From Glaucostegus cemiculus (Eukaryota): a stretch of DNA of 64,000 nucleotides. Shown in pieces: positions 24,720 through 38,477 of the stretch; position 1 is the stretch's first letter; each line of letters begins with the position of its first letter. A program made the translations under genes and the position numbers. Below the pieces are notes generated by a model. The model worked only from the letters and a program-made list of their open reading frames with translations. It made no database searches and was not told the DNA's origin. Location of the stretch: positions 1,240,001 through 1,304,000 of the forward strand of contig CDPCPM010000370.1 in assembly GCA_976551045.1 (NCBI GenBank), in the 5' to 3' direction.

Positions 24720-27700
24720 CTCCCCAATGCCAGCTGCAGTGTAAAGGATAGGGAGGTTTTCAGTGTGGGGACCGCCGCGTTTCCTCTCAGTGCGCGGCTG
24801 TATCACAAAGTGCGCCCCCTCGGGGTTGTTTCTTTCTGCAGAAATGAGATCCAATTTAAAACTCACCAACCGTCATAGTTCGCTTTATTGTCCACCCAGG
24901 CCCCGTCTCACTTGCTGTCTGTGCTAATACGTGGAGTAAATAGCGATGTGTCATTGGTACAGTTCATCTGCACCGATTACCCTGTCCGGGCAATGCTGAC
25001 GGACCGAGACTGCAGCTCCTATTCCGCGATGCATAAACATAAAAGCTAAAAAGCAAAATAAGAAAAATTGAGATTGGACTACCGGGAATAAATAAAAGAA
25101 ATCAAAGTTATAGAGCAAAATCGGCGGGACTTAATTATCAGCAGCGTCGTGAAGAGGAGACACAGATTCTAGTGCACCGATCAGAATATCCTGAGAATTT
25201 ACGTGTTCCAGATTAAACGGGGTACTGTATGCATCAGAGCAAACTTGCAGAGTGGAACTGGACAGTCCGTGAGTGAACGGCTCCACTGCGGAAGTCTCCG
25301 TGAAATGGGGTTTTCAACTGCTCTTCGATTGGCCAAATTAAGTTATTATTTCATTTGTTTTTCATTTGTAAAGGCCCGCTTCAGTATCTTAACTGCATTG
25401 GTCCGTTTTTTCTTTTCTTTGTTGCTGCACGCTGTTGTGGATTGCGCCAAATCTGCTGACAGAGGATGCTGTTTCGAAAAGGTGGTCTTTGCGATAATTG
25501 GATCGGAGACGATGAGCATCGTGGGAGGTGTGTGCCGCTGCTCAGCCTGAAGCAGAGCTGCGGGGAGAAAACGGTCGACGGTTCGTAAAGAGCAATTTGA
25601 TAGGCTGGCTGCTCTCGTTCATTGTGCACGCAACTGGCACCTCAGCGACGGAACAAATAAACGCCGTAAATACAGGGATTTTTGTGCGCATGTTCTAAAA
25701 ATGTCTACCGACTGATACCTGGACCACGTCGTTGTTTATATATACTTAATACTCTTTACTTTGGTAATATTTTTATGAATAAAACATGATTATAAGATGT
25801 GCGTCAATGGATATGACTGGAAATGCGTCATTGATGATACACTCCTTTGAAATAAATTTGCTCTCTGCTGTCTATTTTAACAGGCATTGAAATTATTGTT
25901 CTTACGGATACTGGTCTTTGTACCCGTAACCCCGTGGAGGCTGCCGGGTGTGCTTCTCTATCATTCAACAGATGGATTTGGAGGTGCAGTTTAGTGTGAT
26001 GTTACTTTTTTCTGTGAACGTCATTTCGGTGACCGACTGATCCACTGCGTATTGGAGAACACGAAAAAAACATATTAGTTACCATGATGAGCGCAATTGA
26101 CCGGATTATCATCATAGTGTGATATTGTGGTTACAGAGATAAATGTAAGCCTGGTATTTTAATGAGAAGAAAACCCTGACCGAGAAGTGACATAATCATG
26201 AGGAGCGGCGCTGGGGGATTCTTCATGATGCACCTAATTCGGTAAATTTGAAGACAGTCGGTGAAAAATTAAGGACGCCTCTCCTGCAGCGCCCCGTGGA
26301 CCCAACCAATCACAAGCCGTGACAGTCTTTAACAAGGCTCCAATCATACAGGTCAGGAAATATGCACAGAACATAAGCAGTAAACGTGAGATTAGGGCAA
26401 GACGGCCACGGAAGTCAAATTTCATCAGGTCGGCGTCTGTTTGAAGGGGTGGGAACACCGCAGCGCAGCGCCTCCCAGCGGAGTGCGGAGCTGGCAGTTG
26501 TGAACTAGAAGACTGTTACCAGAGTTTGCTCACAGAGTCAGTGACTGTGACTCGAAATATTGGAGCGAAACGGAGCGACTGCACCGCAATGGAGTTAGTA
26601 ACGGTATTTAAACGGACCTGAACGAGATCTGTAGCAGACAATAGAAACGCAGTTTGAATTAAAAGATCGGGTACAATTCAACCGCCTCAAGTCCATGAAA
26701 ATTCGCCTTTCATTGAAGCGGTATAATAATCTGGCATTTCTCTGAATAAATTAGTTGTTTATTGAAGGGATTCTAGGAGAGATTTTGAGACGGCAGGCCG
26801 TTGCAGTACACGACGACGGCACTGAGGTGCAAGAAGCAGTTACGGCAATAAAAATAAGACCTGTTCCACCAGATGACAGCAAAATACCAGTAATTGCTTT
26901 ACCTGAGACTTCCACTGATTCTGTCTCCGCAGATGCTGTTTGACCCTCTTAATGTTTCCAGATTTATCAAAAAAATCTGTCTCCGCAAAACTGAAAATTA
27001 AGCTCTCCTTTTCTACTCAGATGGCGAGTAAGCGAAGTGAAGAGTCAGCTGGAGGATCACACCCTGGTAACCATGGGAACAAACTCGTCGTCTCTCGTCT
27101 ATGAGGATGTCTCATTTCTGGCAGTTTCCCATTCATAGGACCAATTACCGGATGAATTATCTGAAATAAGTACGCGTTTATTTCTGCGGTCGGGAGGTAG
27201 ATCAAACTACCAAATCCAGGCAGAACTGCACCTGATTTCTAGTTGGGTTTATGCGGGATGTGACCCAGCGCCCCTAAAGTCAGCGCTGTCCACGCCCCGT
27301 CACTGATGACTCGATAATCTCAAACTGGTCTCGTTAGGAACAGTAACAATGCAGTTCCTTGCACTGTCTGCGTGGTGGGTGATATTCATCACCAATAAGG
27401 AAGGAAACCGTTTTAAATTTCCATTGTGCTGTCAGGCGAACTTTATCGGGAATGCAGTGATAACGTGGAACATAGTATCAGATATAGCAATGGAGGGAAA
27501 TAGTTATGATTTAAGTGAAACTTTTGTTGTTTCAAGGAGAAAAGAATAGGGTCACAAACTGATAAGATGAGGTAAAGAAGGACATTGAAAGCTTGAGTCG
27601 GATTGACGCAAAGACAATTCCGTTCTCCATGACGAATTCACGGTAATTCTGTGGAACATTCGATGCGCGCTGTCCCTTCCACTAAGTTTAGTTTGAACGT

Positions 27701-27739
27701 TAATTAATTATTGTTTACCTTTCTTTACCCCCATTCCAG

Positions 27740-28035
27740 GTCTGACTGATGCCAATTCCGAGACTCAGTGGAAGTTCGCGCACCAAAGGGCAGAATGGCA
27801 GGACATTACTTTATCCTGTGCGAGTAATGCTGATTATTTATTCTTGTACCCTCAGTACCCAGGCGGGCTTCCCGAGTTTGCTGTCCAGAGACTCATTCAC
27901 GGCGGCTCAGAACTTCAGGTATATGTCGCTAATGACTGGTTATCTGATGTAATCCAGGGGTCTGAGAAGAAGCATCGATTGACGACCCATGGTTTGCGGA
28001 AGTCTGACCCAGCCGGGTGTTGCTGCGTTGAGTAA
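27740..28035 (+). pseudogene. TCR V pseudogene, paralog of the 10985-11287 segment
   Basis: Acceptor TTCCAG. DITLSCASNADYLFLYPQYPGGLPEFAVQR...SEKKHRLTTHGLRKSDPAGCCCVE*. Conserved Trp lost, YYC changed to CCC, heptamer destroyed, nonamer remnant ACAGTAACT at 28064-28072. Confidence 0.85.
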
Positions 28036-30081
28036 ACAAAGAGGAAAAAACAAATAACTTCATACAGTAACTACCGCGGGTTCTGGTGCACAATCGCTGT
28101 CAGTTGACGGCTGTTTCCAGCCGCTGCTCAGACGCTGACACGGGAACACAATGGTTGTGTGCGTAGACACTGAGCAGAGACCACGGGGACTACACACAGG
28201 TTAGGTCACAGCGAATCCTGACTGCTTTAATTGTTGGAATACGCGTGTAAGGCTGAAACTGTTCGTTCTCTCGTTATGTATCTTAGGAACCGTTCCTCAT
28301 CCATTTACAAGCAATTAATGTGAAGGATTCAAAAATAGGTTGTCACGGAGAGTCAATGGTTCAGCTCCAGTTCCCTTCAAACAGATAAATTAAAATGAGA
28401 TATTCAAAAAAATTGTCTTGTGACAAATGAGGAAGATCTGACATTTCACACTTCCTTTCAACATCATCTATTCAGCAATGATGTGAGACAACAGCCGAGT
28501 TCAGCTATGTCGCCTCATCGCCAGTGAAATATTGTTGGGATCGATTTCCAGACCCCTTTTGTGTCAACCAAATAGTTGTTTCCTGTGGAGCAGACCAGTC
28601 ACGACTCAAAGATGACACCAAACAACCTCATGGGATTTTGCTATTGCTAATCTTTTCTTTATAACGTCCAGATTACTCCGTTAGTTCTTCTTACTATGCA
28701 TGGATGATGTTTCAGATTTAGCTCGCCTTCCAGTGGCCTGAAGAACATTGCATTGTAGCACCAAGTACATTAATTGAAAATAAATTATCACTACATTTGA
28801 CCCTTGAAACATGAGTAATTTTCAGGGAAAAAAATCGCGGGCTGATGAGCAATGACGTATGATCCAAAATCCGCAAGTTCTGGAATCCTGCGTCTAGCCA
28901 TTAGACCAAATAGTCAATTGGTCGACAAGTCTCAAAAGGAATACACAGGAATAAGATAATATGATCAGTCATGGACTGTGAAAAAGGAAAGAAGCGTCTA
29001 ACGAAATATTTGAAGCGAATGCATGCATAAAACTAATAAGAGAATGTCATGTTTTAAGCATTGGGAATCAATTATATCTCAACAACATTTCTTGACAAGT
29101 TATATTCTACTTAATTTGATTCGAGGCTCCGTGGAAAAATCTGCATAAAATGTTTGAGTTCCGACATTCAAGGAGAATGCTGGGTCTCAAAGTTGCTCCA
29201 AAGACTGACCGTTCCAACTTTGTTCAGAAAGGTAAACTGTAACTGCCTGAGCTGCTGAGACAACGCGCGAGTTGTACTTTCTCTTGCCCAGCGTAAGTTG
29301 AGTTCGATGTCGTGACATTTCAAGTCTCAGTGTTTAAAATAAGAAGACGAAAATATAATCAAATGGAAGGAAAACTGACCGAGCAGCGCAGTTGATTAGC
29401 TTTATCAGCAAAAAGGTCGGAAGTGAATGACTGGGCGGTATTAGTTGCCCGTCAATTTGTCAGTGAACATATTTAAGACTTATATTCAGAAAATTAATCC
29501 ACACGGTTTGGATGACCACTATTTTAATAACATTCTTTGTATAAGCCTGCAGGGGACGGGGTCCAAATCAGTTGCTGAAATTAGAAATCTCCATAGATGA
29601 AAAATGACATTGACGTGACTGGCGCTGTTATGTCAATGCGTGAGCGACTGTTGGTGGTAAATGATCGGATCGGAGCAAAGGATCATTACCGCTAGCGCAC
29701 TCTCATCCCCTCCTTCCGATTAATTTACACTCTCAGTCACTGCAAACGATTCAGGACGTTGGATGTATTGCAATAATGGTGCTCGCTTTCCGACGCTAAT
29801 TTCGATTTAACGGAAGTACTCTTCAATAAAACAATGCAGCATGATTCTCGAAGCTGTTAGAATAATTGGAAGCTGACAGTGTCTTTGCAATGAACGTTTG
29901 GATCAGCTTTGGGCTAGAGAAATTCGATGTGACATCTATCAACAATCTATTTCCACTTCCGCACTTCAACTACATTTTGTACTCGTGGAGCAGAGAACTG
30001 AATTGTCCGCCATTTTGATGTTTTTCAGTTCCCTTGGGTGCCTTCGCCCTCTGGCGTCCGATCGTAGGACTTCCAAGAGTC

Positions 30082-30120
30082 GGTTTCTGATCGGGTATGC
30101 TGTATTTCTTCTGTACCGTG
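30082..30120 (-). promoter_or_regulatory. 23-spacer RSS (inverted V)
   Basis: Minus strand CACGGTA + 23 bp + TCAGAAACC. Confidence 0.8.
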
Positions 30121-30601
30121 GAGTTCGTGGCACAGAGGTACGCAGCAGAGTCTAAGATCATTTCCTTGTGGATTGTTCGCTCCGTGATTTTAGTCTCTTT
30201 TTCGAAAGTAGAATAAATTCGGTCAGTGAGGTCTCTATGTTTCTTTAGGTTCTCTCCCACAAAATGAAGCAGGTCCTCTGGAGGTTCGCCATGGCGCTGT
30301 CTGTACCAGAAAACACACAGGCTTGAACGGGTTGTTTTCAAGGTGCAGTTCAGTGTGATATTATTTTCTTCTTCAGAGGTCATTTCAGCTAACGACTGTT
30401 CCACTGAGTTTTGGAGGTACAAATCTGACGGGAAAAAAAGAATGATTATTCACCACCACTACTTTATTAAAACTAAGCATCGTCATTCTATGACAGTAAT
30501 GTCAGGGTTATAGACATCCAACAAAGTCTGTCATTTTACGGGAATGAATTTTTACCGGTAAGTGATACAATGATGAGCAGTCGCACTTGGTATTTCAGCA
30601 T
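30121..30601 (-). CDS. TRAV: TCR alpha/delta V segment, inverted, open but divergent frame (leader 30601-30556, V exon 30424-30121)
   Basis: Leader MLKYQVRLLIIVSLT with donor GTAAAA and acceptor CGTCAG. QNSVEQSLAEMTSEEENNITLNCTLKTTRSSLCVFWYRQRHGEPPEDLL...DRIYSTFEKETKITERTIHKEMILDSAAYLCATN. Confidence 0.85.
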
Positions 30602-32175
30602 TATGAGCTCTGAATCTGAAGATCTGCAGTTCGGGTAACCCTCTGTCTGTCCAGGTAAATAGGAGCCACGTTCTACCGCTCTGCGGAGCCAAGCAATCAC
30701 ATGTGGCAATTCGAAGTCACAACGCTTCGATTAAAGGGAAGAAAAAAAGTTCGAGCCGAAAGTATAAAACGTGAGATGTGGGCGGATCGGCCATAGGAGT
30801 CCAAAGTGAGCAGATCCCCATTAATTTGAAATAGGGAGAAGTACGCAGCGCCGCCTGGCGGCCACCAGATCTTATGACTGTCGAAGTGAAGACTGCTAAG
30901 AATCTGTGTTTGGTCGAGCGGTTGGACAATAAAATATTTAATAACAGTCTTTAATTATTTGCGAACGGGATTTATGAGAGACAATAGATGTAATGTTTTG
31001 CGATAGAAGTGCAGAATCTGCAAACCACCTCAATCTCAGAATAATTAGCCGAAGATTTCTGTGGTATGAGAATCAAGTTCACTTCTGCCTTACTTTATTA
31101 ATAACGTCGGTGTGTCCGTTTGTCTGAGGGATTTAGGGGATGGCGCTGTGGGCGGAGAACGTGATGGGGGCACTGCGGAGGCAAAGGTCCACTGGATCAA
31201 AAATTACCGGAAGAAAATTTGATTTCTTTCGAAAGAATGCAACAAAGACTCATACGAAGCAGATTCAAAACGCCGACACTGTTTGCACAGATGATGGTTG
31301 ACCTGCTGAGAGTTTCCGGATTTTCATGCCGGCATTTTAGACTTCCAGAATTTTCATTTTTTAAATTTGTTTTCAACTGTCTTGTCTTGAGCCTACGGCT
31401 TCAAAAGAGAAATATACAACAATATGCAAATGGGAAGAATTATTTAGAGGTTTCTGTGAGTCCAGTCACTACAGTGTCCTGCTTTCATGGCCGCTACGCG
31501 AGTTCTTGGATTAGCAGTCAAAAGATAGAACAGTTGCTCCGAAGAAAGATATTTGGTTTTATCCTGCGACCGTTGGTGCAGAATAGATTAACACGCGTGA
31601 AATTTTAATCGGTCCTTCTTTTGATCGTACCTTTCCCAGATAATACGCACTCTCATTCTCGGGCAGAACTTCAGGGTTTCAGTTTATTTCCCAGCTGAAT
31701 GTTTCAGAGGCTATGAAGTGTACATGGATTCTTGGGCTCGGCTGAAAAACAGGTCCCGAGTTACAAAGAAGAACTGGTACAGTGTAACAAGAAATAAGTT
31801 GAAGTAAAATGGATCTGGAACTTCTGTTGGAACAACACAGTTCGTATGCTGTATAATGTGAAAAGGGATGAGGCTTTTATGATATAATCTAGCACGGAAA
31901 CGTATTTAATATAGAGTGAGAAATGGTCCAATATGAGATGCACAAAGTCAAGTCCTCCTTTGATATTCATGAGCAGAGGGCGAGTTGTAATAAAATTATG
32001 GGCAGAGTCTGATGTTACGTTTGCACAGTTAAGACCTCAAGCCACAGAAACAGCTGGATGACTTTGAGTAACATAGAGGAAGGCATGTTTTCCTACTGTG
32101 TACAGAGCGGCATGGCCCACTGTGATATACAGACCCATAGGCCCATGTGAGTTATAATCAAAGGCAGTATTCTAT

Positions 32176-32194
32176 AGACAGACAGAGACAGACG

Positions 32195-32246
<52 letters not shown>

Positions 32247-32370
32247 TCGATAGATATAGATAGATAGATTGATTGATTGAAGATAGGTAGATGGATGGAC
32301 CGATAGATAGATAGAGATAGATAGATGGATTGACAGATTGATAGATAGAGAGAGAGAAAGAGAGAGAGAG
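32176..32370. repeat. (GATA)n/(GA)n microsatellite
   Basis: Direct tandem GATA run. Confidence 0.95.
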
Positions 32371-33994
32371 TGCTAATGTTCTTATTTAAATTGGGACGTC
32401 CTTGCAATGTCTACACCAGCTGTGATGGGAACTGGTACGTGATTTCATGACACTTGAACTGAAACAGGATCCAGCAGGATAAATAAGCACCACTGCAAAA
32501 ATGTGTCTATTGAGACAGAGCTTCGTAGTATATGAACAGAGGAAGTGTCAAGTTCTAACAGATACAATGTCGGAGTTTAACAGACAGAGGTTGCTGTAAA
32601 ATATGGATCGAAGCAGGGTCAAGTGGAATGCAGCTGAAGACAATGTTTACTGTGATGTAAATAATTGTGGGACTTCGCAATAAAGCAGACAAAAGTTGTG
32701 GTGTCAGGTAAACAACGAAGGTCACGGTGACAGTCAATGCTTCAGCTCCCATAATAGTCTAATTGGAGAGGAAGACAGACTATGAGCATTTCTGGAGAGA
32801 CACTGCAAATGTAATAAGATTATCTGAAGAAGATTTGTGTAAAAAAATGATAAAATTCAAAATATTATGAATAATAATGTGGCATACAGTGATTTATACA
32901 TGTAATGGCTCTCCTGTAATACAGAGGCGGGTAGCATAATACGTACAGAGAACTTGGCGAGGGTGATATAAACAGGAGTAGAGGGATTGCATGAGATAAA
33001 CTGAAACTGGTCAATGCAGGAAAGTGTAGAAACAATCCCCAATGATATAACAGGAACACTGGGACTTGTCATTTCACAACAGCCATAAGCAACTCGATGA
33101 TACACATGGAACCAATATGATATAAGCAGTTACAAGTCGCATTTAATCCAGGAAGAGAAAGGTTTCCGAATAACAAGGAGTATTCTAATAAAGATATGTT
33201 CAATGAATTACGTCGAATTAGTGGGTTAACACGAATTAGTACTCGACATCAAGCGACAATTCCGAATGTGCATTTACATGTGCATTTCCCACATTGGCTT
33301 CTTCTATGGAAGTAAGGCATCCCGAGTAACTGCCAAAGGAGAGGAAAACAATATCTTCAGAGGACTGTGTAATAAAACATGGCCCAATACTAACCAAGAG
33401 CAAACAGGCCTTATGAGGTATAAATTGGTCCGAGTGGAAAGGTCGAACTCAGAGTCCCACCTCTGGGAATACAGTGTTCGAAGTTCGCTTGAAAATCCAA
33501 ACTCATGCAACGATCAGGTCTCCACACAAGAGGAGAACGCTGCAGAGTCCTTTCATCCGACATTTAAATGTAAGCTGTCCACGCTGTGACTAATTTTGAG
33601 TTTCAGCGAGCAATGTGAACAGGCATCAAGCCCGCAGTAATGCCGAAAGGAGAACAGAGTTTCCCAGTGTGCAGATTGTGAAAGAGAGCAATGAATTCGC
33701 AAAACTTCAGGCTGAAATGGTGCAGTTTTAAAGCAGCCACACGTGCACAATGGGCAAAGATATTTTAGCTGCGCCTCGTGCGCCCCCACTGGGATGGTAT
33801 GCATATTTAAACTCAAAGAAGAGGACGGGTTGTATTTCCTGTTTCACAAGAGAGCATTTGGAAGTTGAGACTTATCAATAGAAATTTCCAATATGTCACC
33901 TTTAATGTAAACATAAAGCAGCCCTTGTGTAATTTTAACAGGCCCAAGAACTGTAAACTGAGGAAGTGCCTGGTTTGATATCAACAAATAAGGG

Positions 33995-34810
33995 ACCTTC
34001 AGCAGGGTCATGGATTCATACCGCAGTGAAACAGGATTGTCGGCCCATCTGGTCGATACCGACCAAGATGCGCATCCAAGCTGGGACCATTTGCCAGTTT
34101 GGCCCATAAATTCTGAATATTTTCTCTCAATGTTCCTGTCCAACTGTCTTTTAAACGTTATTCTTGAACACTCCTCAACCACTTTCGCTGGCAGCTCATT
34201 CGATCTATGCACCACCCTCTGTGCAATAACTTGCCCATCACGTTCCGATGAAATCTGTCCTCTCCCACATTTAATTTATCCCAACTATTTTCTGTTGATT
34301 CCCCATGTCTGGGAAGAAAAGGAAAACAAAAAATTCACCCTTTGTCCTTCATGATATTATACATCCTATAAAAATCATCTCTCGTTCTCCTACGCTCCAA
34401 GGAATAACGACTTATTCTCTGCCCCCTTCCCCAAGAACTCAGTCCCTGGACTCCTGACAACATCCTTGCAATATATTTCTGGGCATTTTCTCGTTTACTA
34501 ACATTTTTCCCGTGGCAATTTGACGAAAATTGGGCACAATACTCCAAGTGCGGCCTTATTCAGCGTCGTGTACAACTACAATATAACCTCTCTGCTTCTT
34601 TACTCAATGCACTGACTGATGAAGGCCAGTGTGCCAAAACCTTCCTGGCTTGCCTGCCTTCTTGTAACCTCATTCCGAGGGCCCTCTGTTTTATAACACT
34701 CCCAGGCCCTACGGTTCACTGTGAATGTCCCACTGCAATGTTACTTTCCAAAATGCAACACCAAGCACATATCCAAACTGAACTTCATTTGCCATCACGC
34801 GGCCAATTTA
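33995..34810 (-). mobile_element. CR1 LINE 3' fragment
   Basis: ORFs 34335..34547 (EYCAQFSS...ARMLSGVQGLS...YSLERRRTRDD) and 33844..34215 (NELPAKVVE...FKRQLDR). Confidence 0.85.
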
Positions 34811-34990
34811 TCCAGAATTACAGGGGCATAATGTGAAATAGACACACGGAGTATTTAATGTCCCACTTCAAAGTGACTTTCCAAAATGCAACACCAAGCA
34901 CTTATCCAAATTAATCTTCATTTGCCCTCACGCGGCCCATTTATCTAGAATTACAGGGGCCTAATGTGACGTAGAAGCACCAAGTATTTA
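34724..34990. repeat. Tandem duplication, 2 x 133 bp
   Basis: AATGTCCCACT...ACTTTCCAAAATGCAACACCAAGCAC...AGAATTACAGGGGC...AGTATTTA starts at 34724 and again at 34857. Confidence 0.9.
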
Positions 34991-36456
34991 TGGATATCAA
35001 CAGATACTGGACTTAATGTAATAGAAACAGAACCGCTCGCATTCTATGTCACTGTGTCTATTAAGACTTCAAGTCTTGAAGAAAGAAGAAAAGCAAGTAC
35101 TTTGCGTAATTTTACAGTTTCTAGTTTAAGTAGGACAGAGGCAGGGCGTTACTGGGAAGACCGGCCGTGGCCAGTGCCGCCCAGACCTATAGGTTCTGAA
35201 GTAAATATAGAAGAGGCAACATCTGCAATTGGTATCTTATGCCATCCTTCAACAACCACAGAGGTCCACTCTAGTGCTATTGAGGCAGAGGTAAGGCACA
35301 AAGGAAAAACAGTTAACTCAGGACCAAGAATAATGAAGGTACAGACGACAGCTACTGAGTGAATAACAAGAACAGAGTTTGATTCTGCAATGCTCTCCTG
35401 TAAATGTGAACATATAATGGGATCCTATGTTGACAACACATGCGGTATCAGTGGTGAAAATAACACTGAAACATGGATTGGGAACATTACAATCAAGGGT
35501 CAGTATCAGGGCTTCATGATAAAATTGCAATTGACTGATTGCAATAAAATGATTAACCAGCACTGCAATCGCAAGAGGAGGTCACTTTGTGAACAGCCTG
35601 GGCAAGGTGAAGTAAATGGAAGCTGGAAATAGATGGTTCAAATAGTTTGAGTCAGAATGATAGTATATCTTGGCTTCAACTTGCAGAACTGTGAGTGCAG
35701 AATCTAATCAGATGCCTCAGCGTCTGTGCTGCTGGACAATACCCTAAACAGCTGGTGTCTTTCAAATGAAGTAGTAACCTGGTGCCCTTTCTGCTTCTCA
35801 GTTTTTTATTTTGGCATCATTTTTACTCGATACTTGGTTGAGGCAATACATAACATGAGGGAAGAGACCGTATAAATAAAACGGAGAGCATAAGTAAAAG
35901 ACAGATCTTCTAGTTTGCAATAAATATTTCATAATGCCGAGTGAACCGATTAATAAACATGTCATAACAAATAAATAATCAGTAATAATGCAAGTATGAT
36001 CAGAGATAACAGTACATTTGCAGAGTTAAGGTCCAGTTTTTTTTTTAACATACACACAAGATCGTTTTTTTGAATAAAGTTAACTCCTGAGGTAATACAA
36101 ATGAAGAAAGAGACAAATTTGCAAACAGATGTATCCCTTAAATAGAGACGTGTTAATATTCAACGAAGACAGCATCTCGGCCGTGGTACGGACTGGTGTA
36201 ATAACATGAACAGGATTGAATCACATGCCACCAGAAACAAAGACCGGTTATTGTTCAAGTCCAGCAGCATATTCAGAAACAATTTTATCATTGGAAACAT
36301 TGTTTGCTGCAGCGATATCTCAATTAAGGCTTTGTGTAGTAGAAAGTGCAAGATAACCGAGATCCATAATAAAAAAAAAAGTATTATGAACAGAGACAGG
36401 TCAACTGCTGTAATGACACATGCGCTGTAAAGTGCAATGTGAATCATGCCCTACCG

Positions 36457-36551
36457 CAATGATACTTCAGAGAAGACCAGCTGTAATATTAGCACGGGCC
36501 CGAACAATGATACCTCAGAGAAGACCAGCTGTAATATTAGCACGGGCCCGA
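36457..36551. repeat. Tandem duplication, 2 x 48 bp
   Basis: CAATGATAC(T/C)TCAGAGAAGACCAGCTGTAATATTAGCACGGGCCCGA starts at 36457 and again at 36505. Confidence 0.92.
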
Positions 36552-37619
36552 TCAACTGATATTACCTGTTAAACTCGGCCTTCTGCAGTAATACTGAGAC
36601 ATGGCCCGAAATTAGATTGTTCCGATGTTTATATTGTAATAAACCAACACCATTATGGCGTGATCACTTGGGTCAGTCGTGTCCTATCGTTGCTTATAGT
36701 TATTCGGCAATAGTCGCTAAAACAACATATTTGCCATGAGAGCCTCTTGCGCACCCAATGCCCATTGCATTTATGCATTCTGCTGACGGACTAATTTTTT
36801 AAAAAAACCTGCAGCAGTGGTGCAGATTATTTTAAGACATCTGATGGTCATGTCTGGAAATACCGAATTTGAATGATTGTTTTACCACAAAATATTAACG
36901 GTTTGCAATAAAATCTAGTATGTTTAAACTGCGAGGCATTAATGGACCTATCCCACTCTCCTCTGGTAAAGACAGAACGTGCGAAATCTAAGTGTGCTAG
37001 AACATTCTGAAAATGGATACAGTGGAATGTCAGCTTGTTCCGAATTGTCAGACTAATCACTGTCGTAAAAAGCGTCCGTCGTTCGCCTATTGGAGGAAAA
37101 TCCAATTTGTTTTGTTTTATAAAACTACATCTGATGTCATTTTCCAAGTAATTCCAGTTTATTTTTCAACAGCTGCTGATAATCTGAAAATAATCCCTTT
37201 GATCAATTGAGACTCATCACTGAGGACCAATGTTGATTAATTTATTTTTTTCTGTGGGCACAGCTGGACGTGACAGATGCGTTGATGCAAATAATCTGCG
37301 AATGACAAATCCAATATTAGAACACCGAGAGAAAGAAAGAGAATAAAATTGTCCCCACCAACACAAAATAGAATAACAGAGAGCGAGATGCAAATCTTCA
37401 ACATATCCGGCAGCAACGTTTAATGTTTCAGATATTCTTTTTTAGTTATAGGAACATAAAATGGAGCTGATATCGACGGTAAGATTGGATGCATTTTTCC
37501 AGAACTCACCGGGAATATGCATGTACCGAATGCCGGTGCATGCAATTTTCCTGTACCCCTCTGCCTCTTTTCAATCTTTTTATCACTTTTCAAATTAGTA
37601 CGAATTAATACGTATAACA

Positions 37620-38477
37620 TTAATAATTATAAATTTAGTGCAAAGAGATCAGGATAACAATCATAGCAGTTAAAATATATAATCACAAGGAGTTAAAAAG
37701 TAATCTAGACCTCCCGCTCTCTTATTAAGTGAACATAATACAAAAGGAAAACTGAAAAGAGATTTAATTATATGAGAAAATAACCCAAAAATTAAATAAA
37801 TAATAATAATAAACCAAAGGAAACCAAAAACTTCAAAAAAAGTGGACTGAGAGTTCTTTAAAAAAAAACAGCGTTATTATATCATTAACTCCGCTCTTCT
37901 GTATTCAAGGGTTATTGAAAAGGTTCTGAAAAAGGCTAGCTAATATCATATGGAAATATTGAATAATTGGTCTTCATACTTCCTGAAATTTAAACGAAGG
38001 ATCAACAGTACCTCTCCTATTTTTTCCGAAGTTTAAACATGCTATGGTTTGAGACAACTACTGAAAATTGGTAGGAGGTATTGGAACCTTCCATTTGAAT
38101 AATATGGGTCGCTTGGCTATTCGTGTGACAAAAGCGATCATACGACGAGCAGAAGCAGATCAACAGCCAAATTTCATCATTGGTTACCTACAAATTGTAG
38201 TTTAGGATGAGGTTGTAAATCGATATTCAATACAGATGAAATAATGTTAAAAATGTCTTTACAATATTTTTTCCAAATGTGGACAGGACCAAAATATATG
38301 AGTAAATGAAGCAACGTTCGAATTACATCTGTCACATATAGGATTTATATGATGATAAAAACGGGCTAACTTGTCCTTGGACATATGGGTCCGGTGAACC
38401 ACGTTAAACTGTATCAAAGAATGTCGCGCACACATTAAAGATGTGTTAACCAATTGAAGAATTTTCTTCCGTGTCAC
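37620..38477 (-). mobile_element. L1/Tx1-type LINE ORF2 3' end and 3' UTR
   Basis: ORF 38259..38477: CARHSLIQFNVVHRTHMSKDKLARFY...CDRCNSNVASFTHIFWSCPHL, the C-terminal CCHC zinc-knuckle region of L1-clade ORF2. Confidence 0.85.

Noticed and set aside
25400-25680. LVHCARNW resembling a V 3' end
   Set aside because: No upstream framework motifs and no valid heptamer or nonamer.
28855-28915. tRNA-like stretch on the minus strand (TGGTCTAATGGCTAGACGC...)
   Set aside because: A-box-like start only; no B box or cloverleaf; at most a decayed SINE head.
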